From NCBI RefSeq assembly GCF_009914755.1, contig NC_060937.1: a stretch of 64,000 nucleotides of DNA; one strand, given 5' to 3'. The stretch is from the human T2T-CHM13v2.0 reference genome, Homo sapiens. Under the pieces are notes generated by a model. The model was not told the DNA's origin. It made no database searches and worked only from the letters and a program-made list of their open reading frames with translations. Of this stretch, positions 30,038 to 45,172 are shown piece by piece; the first letter of the stretch is position 1; every line of letters begins with the position of its first letter. The position numbers and the translations under genes are program-made.

Positions 30038-30585
30038 ATGCTTTGTAAATTTTTTGTATTTTTAATGTTTTCACATATTAGGGTCTTGCTGATCCTGGAC
30101 AGACTGCTTCTCCCAAGATTTATCAATTCCCAAAGATACAAAGAACTCACATGCAAACATGCTTTTCAAAGGCAAACTAAACTAACCCAGAACCCATATC
30201 CCCAACCACGTTTTAAAATCATGCTCTCACAGTCTGGGCCATGATTTCCTTGCCCTAATTACCCCAGAGCCAGATACCAGACAACTAGGAAGAGCTCCTA
30301 CACAATGGAGCCTGCCAAAATTGCTCAAACTAGCCAATTCTAAGCCTGCTTACACTACCTTGCCCATTTCTTCCTGCAAAAACCACAATAAAAGCTCTTG
30401 CCTGCATTTTCAGCACAGTCCATCTTCCTCCTGACCAACCTTGGTGCTTTTCCATGTGTCTCCCCCATAGTGTCACGTGTCCCTTTCCCTTTGGATCTGG
30501 AGTTATAATAACCTTTGGCAGTTGTCTCCTGGTCTTTTGGTCTCATCATACCTGGGCAAATAAATAAAACTTGCATTTTCATACA
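30038..30585 (+). mobile_element. MER74-like ERVL solo LTR
   Basis: gggtcttgctgatcctgga..., accagacaactagg, accacaataaaagctcttgcc; ends in ca. Confidence 0.7.
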
Positions 30586-31699
30586 TGTGTTGAGGTCATT
30601 TATCCACACATCTCTTCACATTAGAATCCTAACCTCTAGAGACCCAATTTCTCTGGCTCCACTCCTGTGAAAATAACAAAAGCTCTGGTATTGTCTATGC
30701 CCTCTAGAAGAAGGCTTCTGTCAGAGTACTTCAGACAGAAGTTCATCCACTTGCTGTTTTCTCATATTTGAAAAATGTGTCAAGAAAACAGAAGCTAGAG
30801 AAATTCTGTCTACCTCTACAGTCATTTCCAATGTTCTGCATTGTTATCTAATTTTTTTCCATGTACCTAAATCAAACATATAAGTCTATTACCATTTCTC
30901 CCATACACTTTAAATACTTGCCAATTGCAGAATCCAGGGTGTCATCTTCCATATAACCCCATTCCCATCTACCACATATGAAAATGTTAGTAAATCCAGC
31001 TTTTCAGGGGTTCTTAGGACCCACGATTATGACTAGCATTGGGATCCTTGTTGCCGTCTGATAGGTGAATAATGCAACTTCTGGATCCTATTCTCAGGAT
31101 ATATTATCTAGTCCTGTTTCAGCTTTCAGTTTACAGTATATATTTTCTCCTAATAAATGGCAATAGTTTGTTCCATTTATATTAATAATTGATGGTATCA
31201 CAGATTTTCAGTTAAGAGAAATATACAGATCCTAATATTCACAGGTATGCTTGAGAAATTAATATGGAAGTCTTGTACATCTCATACTTATGACATATTC
31301 CTGCAATTTTCTTTATCCCTGTAGCATCACGTTGATATTTTTACTATGTGCAATTAATATTGAGATACATTTTGGCATTCTATCACAGTTTGCTGCACCA
31401 GGCAATTCATTAGCACTGGAAATTTGGTGTTCCTGAACATATTCAGTAGCCACTTTAAAATTAACATTTAAAATGTCTCCTTGCTACAGACAGGAAATAT
31501 TATTCATTACATGATATTTTGCATTGATTGCACATCTTAACTTAAAGGGTGAGATTCCCCTGATAGATTATGGACATGGATCCTTGAAGTCTCAGCTTAA
31601 GAGCTAGGAAATGACACTCTGGTAGTTAGCCATTATTCTGCAAAATGTAACCTATACTTGGAACCAAGAGACATCATATAATGCTGCGTTCCTGGTTGC

Positions 31700-32250
31700 T
31701 GGAATTCCAAGAAATTGCCCTTCTCAGAAAGATTTCCATTGACATATGTGGCTAATATATGCTTCTTGTCTCCACAACTTAATGCCCTTCTGGCTTTGAG
31801 TTTCTGGCTCCTGGTGGGAGATAATACCACGAGATGACATAATGTTTCACTAAACATAAAGCTGCAGTTGCTATATCTGGGTCTTCCCATGTTAATAGGC
31901 TGGTAGGAAAATAAATGAGTTATTTTACTGGAATAAATAATTTACTCAGTATGGGGGCGTAAGTTTACAGTTCGATAATGGGACAAGGCTGAGTATTCTG
32001 GAATGCGAAGTATTCATTGGGGTGAGTCTTGCTTCTTACATGACCACTGAAAAGTATAAATAGAAAATTGAGAAATTTTACCCCCAAAAATCATGGTAAC
32101 CAGGGATGTGGATCATCCAGGGAAGAAAATCTGAATTGTTAATTCACAAGTCAGACCTTTCAGATAAACTAAAATTCTGGCTACTGTTGAGTAGAGAATG
32201 GGTGACATAAAACGGGCATAAAGATTATCAGTTCTATTAAGGTTGCTATA
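31700..32250 (+). mobile_element. Highly decayed ERVL-type internal 3' region (dUTPase-like segment and downstream)
   Basis: Collinear, low-identity resemblance to the HERV-L internal 3' end (taccacgagatgaca...cactaaac..., ggatcatccagggaagaaaatctg, gagaatgggtg). Confidence 0.45.
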
Positions 32251-32869
32251 TTTGCTGCCCATAATATATTAATAATTATTAGTGGAAACAAATGCTTTTA
32301 AATTCAGAGGAAAAAAAGGATACATAAGAACTGCAGAATGAGTATTATAATCACTTAATGAACTACAACATGCAAGACAGATGAAATGATTAACTCGGAT
32401 GTGATTTAAATCTCTATTAATGCTGCCACCTAGTAAACATGATTTAAAATATCCAATAGCAGACACTTATTAAGAATCAATGTTTCTGCTGGACACTTTG
32501 CTGGTTTTTGTGGACATAAAGGTAACTTACACATCATTTCTTCTGTCACATCGGAAACTGTGGCTAAATTTTTTTATGAATTTTATCCTTGCTGTCACAT
32601 TTATTGACAGGAATTCAAATGGCAAGGAAGTACAGAAAAGACTGTCACTACAGTATTTACCTGGAACTCATGTTCTTTATGCTTTAGCAAAATGCATGAT
32701 GATATTCAAGATATTTGACCATATAATTATTTCTTGTACAAACTGTTACAGCTACTACACCTGAAGCTGTCCTAGTATGAATGACTTTATCACTGAAGAT
32801 AAACAGTAATATTTTGGTTTACAAATACTTCATATGTGAAATGAAATATATGAATAAGATGATTGTATC

Positions 32870-33023
32870 TAAACATTTTGGTTTCTCAAAACAAAGTCTG
32901 AGACAAAGATTTGACTACAGGTGGTTTATTTGTGATGCATTTTAAGAAGTAACATTAAGTGAGCAGACAGCGGAAGAAAGGGAAAAAGCAAAAGCACTTA
33001 AAGCATTTAAAGAATATGCTATC
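32870..33023 (+). mobile_element. Old ERVL LTR (LTR16-like) fragment; its continuation lies inverted at 33062-33200
   Basis: aaacaaagtctgagacaaagatttg...aggtggtttatt; strand given only relative to the inverted piece. Confidence 0.55.
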
Positions 33024-33061
33024 GGCCAGGCATGGTGGCTCATGCCTGTAATCCCAGCACT
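33024..33061 (+). mobile_element. Alu 5' head (first ~38 nt only)
   Basis: ggccaggcatggtggctcatgcctgtaatcccagcact. Confidence 0.9.
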
Positions 33062-33170
33062 GGGATTCATGAAGAATGAGAAATGGTGAATGAATGAAAC
33101 ATCCATAAACTTTTCAAAGATACAACTCTAGGGTGCATATTCACTGTTCTGGAGGGTCCCCAGTGGATGA

Positions 33171-33470
<300 letters not shown>

Positions 33471-34245
33471 CTTTGATCACATACAAAACCAACATAAGAA
33501 GGCTCCTACAGGTAAGCAGAAGAAGGTAGACTGGCTATGGACCTCAAGGCCCAAGACACTATACCGTGGTGAATTCTCTAGGATTTATTTTTGATTCATA
33601 TATACCAAACTTGGAGTCAAAAAAACTGGCAGCCCAGAAACACCAACAGGCAAAGACAAGAAGACAAAAATCCCTGCTTTCTCTAGAGAAATGGCAGGTT
33701 ATTAAGGCCACAGACTTTTAGTCAATAACCTCACTACTACAGCCTGATGCCACAGAAAGAAAAACATGAGCCTACCCCATCCCTACCTACACTGCTAAAG
33801 GTTGCATGGGGAGGTTACACAGCTACAGTTTAGAGGCTGTGACAAGGTGCTCTAACCCCAACAGAAGATTCTCAGAGAAAGCCAAGTAGAAAGCCAGGAC
33901 GTACATTGCTACTGGCCAATAGTGAGTCAGCAACCCCATTCCCCGTATTAGTTGACACAACTGACATGAGCTTCTACCTTCACCCAGCAGCAATGAGAAT
34001 CTCTCACCTCTTTCTGAAAGGGTGCTGACAGCACAGGCCAGGTGGAGAGTTAATATTTTCACCACTAACAGTAAAGAGGTCACCCCAACCACACTGTTAG
34101 TGGAGGCTTTATGGTGAGTAGGAACTCCTACACCCACCCACTCCCCTTCATGTGATTGCAGCAGCCAGTGGGGAAGATGGATTTCTACCTCTAGCTGGTG
34201 GTAACAAGGTGGCATCCCCAGCTTTATATGCAAGAATGGTGTCAT
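33471..34245 (+). mobile_element. L1MC/MD-type 5' region; resumes at ~40398
   Basis: gaagaaggtagactggcta...ggtgaattctctagg...ctggcagcccagaaacaccaa resembles L1M 5' ends. Confidence 0.6.
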
Positions 34246-37200
34246 AGAAAGTTATATCACAAGAAGAGCCACTGAAGAGATAGAGAAAACAGTCCTGAAT
34301 CTCTGATACCACCCCTCTCCCACCCCCAGTAGCAGCAGCATGGTGCAAAGAATGGCTTTGGACACTGAGGAGGGAGGGAGAACACACCAGTTGTGAGGCA
34401 TTGAACTCAGTGCTGTCCTGTAAGAAAGAAAGGAAAATCAGACCAATCTCAGCTGATGCCCACCCATGGTGCGAGTATTTAAACCAGCCCTAGCCAGGGG
34501 AAATCACTTATCCCAGCAGTCTGAACTTGAGTTCCCACAAACCTCATCACAGAGGGCTGTGTTACTCTACTCCCAGCATTAGGTAGCTCAGAACAGAGAG
34601 AGAGAGACTCTATTTGTTTGTGAGAAAGTAAAGGAAGAGAATAAGAGTCTCTGCCTGGTAATCCAGAGAATTCTCCCAGATCTTGTCCAATACTATCAAC
34701 GCAGTACCTCTATGAGTCTGAAGAAGCCACAGCATGACTGGGCTTTGGTGCCCCCTGAAGCAAATACAGCTTGGATTACAACACCCAAGTGCTTTCAAAT
34801 ATCTGGAAAGCCTTCCTATGAAGGATGGCTACAAGTAAGTGCAGACAGTGATGACTACAATAAATACCTAACTCTTCAATGCCCAGACATCAAAGAACAT
34901 GTACTAGCATCAACACCATCCAGAAAAACCTAACTTCACCAAATGAACTTAAGGAGGCACCAGAGACCAATCCTGGAGAAACAGAGATATGTCACCTTTC
35001 TGAAAGAGAATTAAAAATAGCTGTATTGAGGAAACTCAAAGAAATTCAATATAACAAAAAGAAGGAATTCAGAATTCTATCAGATAAATTTAATATAAGA
35101 ATCAAAATAATTAAAAAGAATCAATCAGAAATTCTGGAGCTGAAAAATGTAATTGGTATACTGAAGAATGCTCCACAGTCTTTTAATAGTAGAATTGATT
35201 GAGCAGAAGAAAGGATTAGTGAACTTCAAGAAAGATTATTTGAATATGAACAGTAATAGGAGACAAAAGAAAAAAAATAAAAAACAATGAAGCACACCTA
35301 ATGGATCTAGAAAATAGCCTCAAAAGGGCAAATCTAAGAGTTATCGGCATCAGAGAGGAGGTGGAGAAAGAGAGATGGATGGAAAGTTTATTCAAAGGGA
35401 TAATAACAAAGGATGCGCCAAACCTAAAGAAAGATGCCAATATGCAAGTACAAGAAGGTTATAGAACACCAGAATATTTAACTCAATGAAGACCACCTCA
35501 AGGCATTTAATAATAAAACACCCAAAGTCAAAGATAAAGAATGGGTTCTAAAAGCAGCAGGAGGAAAGTAACAAATATCATACAATGGAACTCCCATGCA
35601 TCTGGCACCAGACTTTTCAGTGGAAACCTTACAGGCCAAGAGACAGTGGCATGACATACTTGAAGCGCTGAAGGAAAAAACTATTATCCTAGAAGAGTAT
35701 ATCTGGCAAAAATATCCCTCAAACATGAAGGAGAAATAAAGACTTTTCCACACAAACAAAAGCTGAGAGTTTTCATCAACACCACACCTTTTCAACAAGA
35801 AATAGTAAAGGGAGTACTTCCATCAGAAAGAAAAGGACATTAATGAGCAGTAAGTAATCACCTGAAGGTACAAAATTTACTGTTAATAGCAAGTATGCAG
35901 GAAAACACAGAATATTATAACATTGGAACTGTAGTTTTATCCTTATCCTAAGTAGACAGACTAAATGATGAACCAATTGAAAATAATAATTGTAACAAAT
36001 TTGCAAGATATGGTCAGTACAGTAAAATATAAAGAAACAACAAACAGTTAAAAAGCAAAGGGATGAAATTAAGATGCAGAATTCTTATTAGGGATTTTTT
36101 TTGGCTTGTTTCTTTGTTTCTTTATGCAAACAGTGCTAAGTTGTTATCAGGTTAACAAAATGGATTATAACGTAGTATTTGCAAGCCTCACAGTACCGTC
36201 AAACCAAAAAACATACAATAGAGACACAAAAAATAAAAAGCAAGAAACTAAAATTACATCCCTAGAGAAAAATTATGTTCACTAGAGGAAAGAAAGAAAA
36301 AAGTAAAAAACTTATAAAACAACCAGAATACAAGTAACAAAAAGGCAGAAGTAAGTCTCTACTTATCAATAATAATATTGAATGTAAATGGACTGAACTC
36401 TCCGATCAAAGGCATAGACTGGCTGAATAAATGAAAAGCAAGACCTATTGATCTGTTGCCTACAAGAAACACACTTCACCTATAATGACACACTAAACTG
36501 AAAATAGAGAAATAAAAAAAAAGATTTCATGACAATGGAAACTGAACAAGAGCAGAAGTCACTATACTTATAGCAGACAAAATAATTTTCAAGATAAAAA
36601 CTGTAAGAGACAAAAAAGGTCACAATATAATAATAAAGGGGATAACTTAGTAAGAAGATATAACAATTTTAAATATATATGCACCCAACGCTGGAGCACC
36701 TACATATATAAAGAAAATAGTATTAGAGCTAAACAGAGAGATAGGACCGAAAACAATAGTAGCTGGAGACTTCAACACCCCACTTTCAGCATTGGACAGA
36801 TCTTCCAGATAGAAAATCAACAAAGAAACATCAGACTTAATCTGCACCGTAGACCAAATGGATCTAATAAATATTTACAGAACATTTCATTTGACATGCT
36901 TTTCCTCAGCACATGGATCATTCTAACAGACAGACTACCTGTTAGGTCACAAAACAAGTCTTAAAACATATAAAAATTGAAATAATATCAAACATCTTCT
37001 CTGACCACAATGGAATAAAACTAGAAATTCATAACAAGAAGGATTTTGGAAACTATACAAACACATAGAAATTAAGTAACATGCTCCTGAGTGACCAGTG
37101 GGTCAATAAAGAAATTAAAAATAAAATTTAAAAACATTATGAAGAAAATGATAATAGAAACACAATCTAACAACCTATGGAATACAACAAAAGCAGCACT

Positions 37201-40200
37201 AACAGGGAAGTTTGTAACTATTAGTGTCTACATTAAAAATAAGGAAAAATTTCAAATGAACAATCCAATGATTCATATTAAAGAATTAGAAAAGCAAGAG
37301 CAAACTAAACCCCAAATTAGTAAAAGAAATAACAAAGATCGCAGCAGAAATAAATCAAATTAAAATTTTAAAAATACTTTTTTGAAAAGTTGAGCAAAAT
37401 TGACAAACCCTTAGCCAGACTAAGAAAAAGAGAGATGATCCAAATAAATTGAAAATGATAAAGGAGACATTACAACTGATACTACAAAATTTCAAAAGAT
37501 CATTAGTGGTTAGTATGAGCAACTACATGCCAATACATTGGAAAATCTAGAAGAAATTCACAAATTCCTGGACACATACAACCTACTAAGATTGAACCAT
37601 GAAGAAATTAAAAACCTAAATAGACAAATAGCAAGTAATGTGATCGCAGCTGTAGTAAAAAAGTCTCCCAGTAAAGGAAAGCCTGGGACCCGATGGCTTC
37701 ACCACTGAATTGTACCAAACGTTTGAAGAAGAACTAATACCAGTGCTACTCAAAGTATTCCAGAAAATAGAGGAGGAGAGAATACTTCCAAACTCATTAT
37801 GAGGCCTGTGTTACCCTGATACCAAAACAAGGCAAAGACACATCAGAAAAAGGAAAACTTCAGCAAACTGACACAAGAATAGAAAACCAAACACAGCAGG
37901 TTCTCACTTATAAGTGGGAGCTGAACAATGGGAACACATGGACACAGCGAGGGGAAAAACACATACTGGGGCCTGTTGGGGGATGGGATGAGAGGAGGGA
38001 TTGCATTAGGAAAAATAGACAATGAATGGTGGGCTTAATATCTAGGTGATGGGTTGATAGGTGCAGCAAACCAGTAATGTCACACGTTTACCTATGTAAC
38101 AAACCTGTACATCTTGCGCATATACCCCAGAACTTAAAATAAAAATCAAAATAAAGAAAAAAATGAAACTACAGGCCAATAGTTTTGATAAATCTTAATG
38201 CAAAAATCCTCAACCAAATAGTAGCAAACTGAATTCAACAATACATTAGAAAGGTCATTCATTATGACCAAGTAAGATTTACTCCCTGTGATATAAGGAT
38301 GGTTCAACAAATAGAAATCAATCAGTGTGATACATCATATCAGCAGAATGAAGAATAAAAACCATATGATTATTTCATTCATGCTAAAAAAGCAATGAAT
38401 AAAATCCAACACCCCTTCATGATAAAATCCCTTAAAAAATGGGGATAGAAAAACATACTTCAACATAATAAAAACCACATAATATCATACTGAATGGGAA
38501 AAATTCAAAAGCCTTTCTTCTAAGATCTGCCATTGTCACCACTGTTATTCAGCATAGCACTGGAAGCCCTAGTATGAGCAATCAGACAAGAGAAAGATAT
38601 AAACATCATCCAAATTTGAAAGAAAAATGTCCAATTATTCTTGTTTGCAGATGATATAATCATGTAATTGGAAAAACCTAATGATCCAATAAAAAGCTAT
38701 TAGAACTGATAAAAAAATTAGTAAAGTTGCAGGGCACAAAATCAATGTACAAAAATTAGTAGCATTTCTATATGGCAACAGTTAACAATATAAAAAATTT
38801 AAAAAGCAATTATATTTATATTAGCCACACAAATCCAGAATACCCAAGGCTATCTCAAACAAAAAGTATAAAACTGAAGGAGTCACATTCCCTGACTTTA
38901 CATTATACTACAGAGCTTTTGTAACCAAAACAGCATGGTACTGGTATAAAAGCAGACTAATGGAACAGAATATAGAACACAGAAACAAATCCACACACCT
39001 ATAGTGAACTCATTTGTGACAAAGGTGCCAAGAACATATGCCCAAGAAAAGACTCTCTTAAATCTCTTAAATAAATGGTGCTGGAAGAGCTGGACATCCA
39101 TATGAAGAATAAAACTAGACATATACAAAAATCAAACCCAAACATATACAAAAATCAAACCAAAATTGAATAAAAACTTAAATCTAAGACCTCAAACTAT
39201 GAAACTACTACAAGAAAACATTGGGGGAAAATATCCAGGACATTGACCTGGATGCTTTTTAGATGTTCTTCAAAAACATTTCCTTGGGAATACCCTACAA
39301 ACACAGGCAGCCAAAGCAAAAATGAACAAATGGGATCACATCAAGTTAAAAAGCCCCTGAACAGCAAGGATACAGTCAACAAAGTGGAGAGACAACCCAC
39401 AGGATGGAGGAAAATATTTGCAAACTACCCATCTGACAAAGGATAAGTAACCAGCATATATAAGAGGCTCAAACAATTATATGGGAAAAAAATCTAATAA
39501 TCTGATAAAAAAAATTGGGGAAAAGGTTTGAATAGACATTTCTGAGAAAAAGATCTACAAATGGCAAACAGGCATATGAAAAGGTACTCAACATCATTGA
39601 TCATCAGAGAAATGCAAATCAAAACTACAATGAAATATCATCTGACCCCAGTTAAAATGGTTTATGTCCAAAAGATGGGCAATAATAAATGCTGGCAAGG
39701 ATGTGGAAAAAAGGGAACCCCCATATATTGTTGGAATGTAAATTGGTACAACCACTATGGGAAACAGTTTGGAGGTTTTTCAAAAAACTAAAAATTGAGC
39801 TACTATACAATCTAGCAATCATTCTGCTGGGAATATATGCAAAAGAAAGGAAATCAGTATATTAAAGAGATATCTGCTTTCCAGTTTGTTGCAGCATGGT
39901 TTACAATAGTTAATATTTGGTAGCAACCTAAGCTTTCATTATCAGATGAAGGGATAAAAAATGTGGTACATATACACAATGGAGTATTATATAGCCATAA
40001 AAAAGAATAAGATCCAATCATTTGCAGCAACATTGATGGAACTGGAGATTATTATATTAAGGAAAATAAGCCAGACACAGAAAGAATATTATCACATGTT
40101 CTCACTTATTGGTAGGATCTAAAAATCGAAACAACTAAACTCATGAACATAGAGAGTTGGAAGGATGGTTATCAGAGGCTGGGAAAGATAGTAGGGGCCT

Positions 40201-40397
40201 AGTGGGAAGGTGGGGATGGTTAATGGGTACAAAACAAAATAGTTAAAAAGAATGAATAAGACCCACTGATTGATAGTACAACTGGAAGACCATAGTCAAT
40301 AATGACTTTATTCTACATTTTAAAATAACTTTAAGAGTATAATTGGATTATTTGTAATTGAAAGAATAAATGCTTAAGGGAATGGATACATCCCCCC
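34245..40397 (+). mobile_element. Near full-length L1MA2-like element with internal deletions and clipped 3' end
   Basis: ORF1 remnants (34879-35202, 35301-35489), ~500-bp inter-ORF spacer, ORF2 remnants, 3'UTR ggggatggttaatgggtacaaa...agaatgaataagacc. Confidence 0.88.
37860..38160 (+). mobile_element. Short L1PA10/11-like 3' end nested in L1MA ORF2
   Basis: ttctcacttataagtgggagctgaacaatg...ggtgatgggttgataggtgcagcaaacc...A tail; degenerate TSD aaaaggaaaact / aaaatgaaact. Confidence 0.9.
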
Positions 40398-41538
40398 AAA
40401 AAGGAACAGAAAAATCTCAAACTGAATGAAAGTCAATAGATATCAACACTGAGATAACAGAAATATCAAAATTTTACAGCAGTGATTATATAAATGCTTC
40501 AATTAGCAATTATAAACACACTTACAACAAAGATACTCAGCAAAGAAATGAAAACACTAAAGAAAAAAATGAAAGTTATAAAGGAGGACCAAATGAATAT
40601 ATTAGATCTGAAAAATATAATAATTGAAATAAAAACTCAGTAGATGAACCCAAAAGCAGAATGGAGGCTACACACACAAAAAAAGAATCAGTGACCTAGA
40701 TGATTAAACAATAAAAATTACATAGTCTGGATATCACAACAAAAACAGACTAAAATTTAAAAATTAACAGAGCCTCAGTAATCTGTGGGACTATAATAAA
40801 AGACATAACACTCATGTCATCAGAGTCACAGACAGAGACAAAACAGAAGATGGGACTGAAAAAGTACTTTAAAAAATGAAGAGAAATATTTCAATTGTTA
40901 AGATAAATAAATTTATAATTTCAAGAAACTGAACAAACTCCCAATAGGATAAACCTCCCAAATTCATACTAAGACACAAAATAATTAATCTTCTGAAAAT
41001 AAAACCAATAAAAAAACTTGAAAGTAGCCAAAAAATGACACATTAGCTATCAGAGAAAAATAAATCAAGTGACAGTGGATTCTGCCTCAAATTGTTGTAG
41101 ATAGAAGTGGAATTGTATTTTCAAGTACTGAAATAAAAGACCTGCCAATTCAAAATCCTATATGCTGTGAATATGTCCTTTTGGAAAAAAAAGTAAAGGT
41201 ATTCTTTTATAAAGGATAGCTAGTAATATTTACCTTCAAAAAATCTATCCTAAAAGAATAGCTAAATGTCTATAATAGAAATAAAATGATAAAATATGAA
41301 ACCCCAGAATATCTGGAAGAAAGAAAAAACGTGGTAAGTAAAAATATGGCAAATACAATAGCTTTATCTCTCCTCTTGAGTTATCTCAATTATATTACTG
41401 TTGAAGCAAAAATTATAATGTTGTCTTTAAAGGTTCTAAATGTGTGTAAAAGAAATACTTAAGATAACTGTATTTTAAATGGGATATAGTAAAGGAAAAA
41501 GGGAGATAAGTGTTGTATACTTCACTGAAACTGGTAAA

Positions 41539-41578
<40 letters not shown>

Positions 41579-42360
41579 AGAGCGCAACCTGTATACAATA
41601 ATATATATATATAATATATATAGAGAGAGACCTATATCCAAGTTATACAAAGAGATGCATTCAAAAACAGTATCAATAAGTAAAACTGGAGTTAAAAAAA
41701 TATGTACAAGTAACCCACAAGGATATGGAAAAAAGAAGACATTGAAAGAAAAACAAATAGAAAAAAAATACTGAAGTGGTAGACTAAAGCTGTAGCATAT
41801 CAGTAATTAAAATTTAAAAAGAATATCACACCTCATATAAAAATTAACACAAAACGGATCACCAACTTATATGTAAAATGTAAAACTGTAAAACTCAGAA
41901 AATAGGTACAAGAGAATCGCTGGGCTCTAGGGCTAGGCGAATAATTCTTAGCTGTGACACTGAAAGCATAATCCACGTTTTTTTAAATAGACTCAATTCA
42001 AATTAAAAACCTTTGCTCTGTGAAAGAGTCTGCTAAAGGGATGAAGACATGAGGTATATGGAGTACAAAATATTTGTAAACCATATATCCAATAAAAGAT
42101 TAGTATCTAGTATATATTTTTAAAATCTTACAACTTGAATAGTCCAATAAGAAAATAAGCAAGAAACATGAAGAGACAATTCACCAAAAAAATGCACATG
42201 GCAATAAGTACCTAAAAAGATATTTGAGATAGCTAATGTTATTAGCCACTAGGGAAATGTGAATCAAAATCACAATGAAATATTACTATGCTCCAGTCAA
42301 AATGTATAATAATGACAACACAAAATTCTGGTTAGGATGCAGAGAAATCAGATCATTCAT
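40398..42360 (+). mobile_element. L1MC/MD relic (ORF1 and ORF2 3' pieces)
   Basis: agagcctcagtaatctgtgggac, tttgtaaaccatatatccaataaaag, attagccactagggaaatg. Confidence 0.75.
41541..41630. repeat. (CA)n, (GA)n and (TA)n microsatellites
   Basis: Seen directly. Confidence 0.9.
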
Positions 42361-42378
42361 GCTCTCTAATGAGAATTA

Positions 42379-42777
<399 letters not shown>

Positions 42778-42869
42778 CTATTCACTAATAAACTACCAAA
42801 GACATTCTTCACAGAACTAGAAAATCCTATGAAACCAAAATTCATGTGGAACCAAAAAAAAAAAAAGCC

Positions 42870-43212
42870 TGTATTAGTCAGTTTTCATGTTGCTGATAAA
42901 GACATACCTGAGACTGGGCATTTTACAAAAGAAAGAGTTTTAATGAACTTCAAATTTCCACGTGGCTGGGGAGGCCTCACAATCATGGCGGAAGGTAGAA
43001 GACATGTCTCACATGGCGCCGGACCAGAGAAGAGGGTTTGTGCAGGGAACTCCCCCTTATAAAACCATCAGATCTCGTGAGACTTATTCACTATCACGAG
43101 TATAGCATGTGAAAGACCTGCCCCCATTATTCAATTACCTCCCACAGATCCCTCCCACAACATGTGAGAATTCAAGATGAGATTTGGGTGAGGACACAGC
43201 CAAACCATATCA
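42870..43212 (-). mobile_element. THE1 (THE1A/B-like) MaLR solo LTR
   Basis: tgtattagtc...ggacacagccaaaccatatca; TSD aagcc/gagcc. Confidence 0.93.
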
Positions 43213-43284
43213 GAGCCCAAACGGCCAAGGCAATCCTAAGCAAAAAGAACAAAGCTGGAGGCTTCACATTACCTGACTTCAAAC

Positions 43285-45172
43285 TGATGGTGGCAGCGGC
43301 CTATCTTGAGTGGCCACTGTGAAGACACTAGCTGCAGCATGGAAGGCACAGCTGGGGCTGTGTGCTCCACAGAACCAGTGAGGGCCAGGAACAGATGATC
43401 TTAGCAGGATCCCTGTGCCCTACCAAGTTGGCAGGTGGGAGCCCCATGCTCCTGGGTGCAACTGCAGCTACCCAGCCAAGGCTCCAGACCCAGGCATCCC
43501 TGTGCTCTCATGGGCCCAGAAAGCCCCCTCCCCCTGAAGGCTCCAAAGTGCCTACTCTTGTTCCCTGGCCTCTCCCCACTCCCAGAGCCCACTCCGGTGT
43601 GGAGGAAAGTTGTGGCCAAGCCTGGGAACTGTCATGATCTGGCTGTGTGTGTGTGCACCTGGGGAGGTGCTGACACATTTGACCCCTGCTACCTCAGCCC
43701 CTCTGGACTTTGGGTGCTAATGAGCATGAGAAGGAGGCCAGGGGGCTGAGGGTGGCTCAATGAGGGCCTGCAGGCACCCCTTAATGGCAGACAGTCTGGG
43801 TGCCATGGACAGCATGTTGATGGCAGCAGGAGACTCCTGGGCGCGAAGGGGGTGGGTCGCAGGTGAAACCCCACTTTCAACCCAAGAATGGCCTGAAGCC
43901 TGGGGGCTGGCTGCCATTTCTAGGTGGAGTCTGCAACATGGACTGAGAACTTCCTTGATGCCTTTTATCCAACTGGATGGTGCTTTTTCCAGGCCTGCCC
44001 ATGGCCACCCATGGACCAATCAGCATGCACTTTCTCCATTCTGAGCCCATAAAAACCCCAAACTCAGCCAGAGTCCGACACCTGTCAGAACTGCCTGCCT
44101 GCAGATGCGAGCTACCCATTTTGGGTATTCTCTACACTCATCAGAATGATCTGCCTGTGGATAGGAGTTACCCACTTTGGGTCTCCTCTCTGCTGTGAGC
44201 TGGTCTGTCACTGAATGAAGCTCCTCTCCACCTTGCTCACCCTCCAGTAGTCTGTGTAACCTCATTCTTCCTGGACACAGGACAAGAACTCTGGACCCGC
44301 TGAACAGCAGGAGCAAAAGGAGATGTAAAATGTTTCTGGCCAGCTCACTGAGGCACGGGCAGTGACACACTCCTGGACTGTGGGAGTGAAGAGTGGCAAC
44401 CCTTCTGGGGGCCCAGACCTCAGGATTCCCTGAGCCAGAGCTGCTGTAACAGTACAGCCCTCCTGCCTTCTGCTGGTACTTGGTGACCGCCCCATGTGAT
44501 GGGAAGCAGTGGTGGGGCCAGGCCAACCCAGAAACTGCAGGCTAGAGTAGGGCAGTGGGACTAGAAGAGGTGTAACACAAATGGGCTGAAACATGCCCCC
44601 CTGAAACTCGCTCCCTTGCTTGCCACACTGCTGACAACAAGAAGGAGCAAAGAGCTGCAGCCCTTCTGGGAGCCCAGACCTCGGGGCTCCCTGAGCCAAG
44701 ACTGGGACGTGCTGCAACAACCTCTCTGGGGCTCTGTGGTTCCTGGTGTCTTCAAGCTTTTGGGTGCCACTGCAGTCTTCCTGTGCAGACACTGGTGCCT
44801 GCAGTGGAAGCCACTTGTGTCATGTCTGGTCCAGCCACAGCCTCATACGAAGCCTTGCATGAAGCCACAGCCTCTCACAGTGCCTGTGCCAGCACCTGGA
44901 GCTGCCCACCCCACCACAGCAGCCAGCATGCTTTGCTGTGCACAGCAACTGGCCCCCGTACTCACTTGTTCATACACCCCTTGCCACTCCATGCCTGTCT
45001 TGCCCTTAGCATGTGTGGAATCCAGGCCAGTAGGTAGTGCAAACCAACCACAGCCTGCCAGGCTGAGTGGGTGGAATGAGCAGGTACAAGCAAAACTCAA
45101 GCAGAGGGGCCAGCAGCCACCAGACACAGAGGTTCCCAGCTAGTGAAGAGAAACCTGAAGAATACTGTGACA
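43285..45172 (+). mobile_element. MER52-like long ERV1 solo LTR (~1.9 kb, GC-rich)
   Basis: tgatggtggcagcggcc...tgtgaca; perfect 4-bp TSD aaac; internal repeats at ~44400 and ~44660. Confidence 0.85.

Noticed and set aside
33050-33067. 8-bp hairpin aatcccag-ca-ctgggatt
   Set aside because: Mostly intrinsic Alu self-complementarity plus the inversion junction; covered by the inversion finding
43362-45143. Dense overlapping ORFs up to 176 aa
   Set aside because: They lie in the GC-rich MER52-like LTR, where stop codons are rare, and show no recognisable protein motifs
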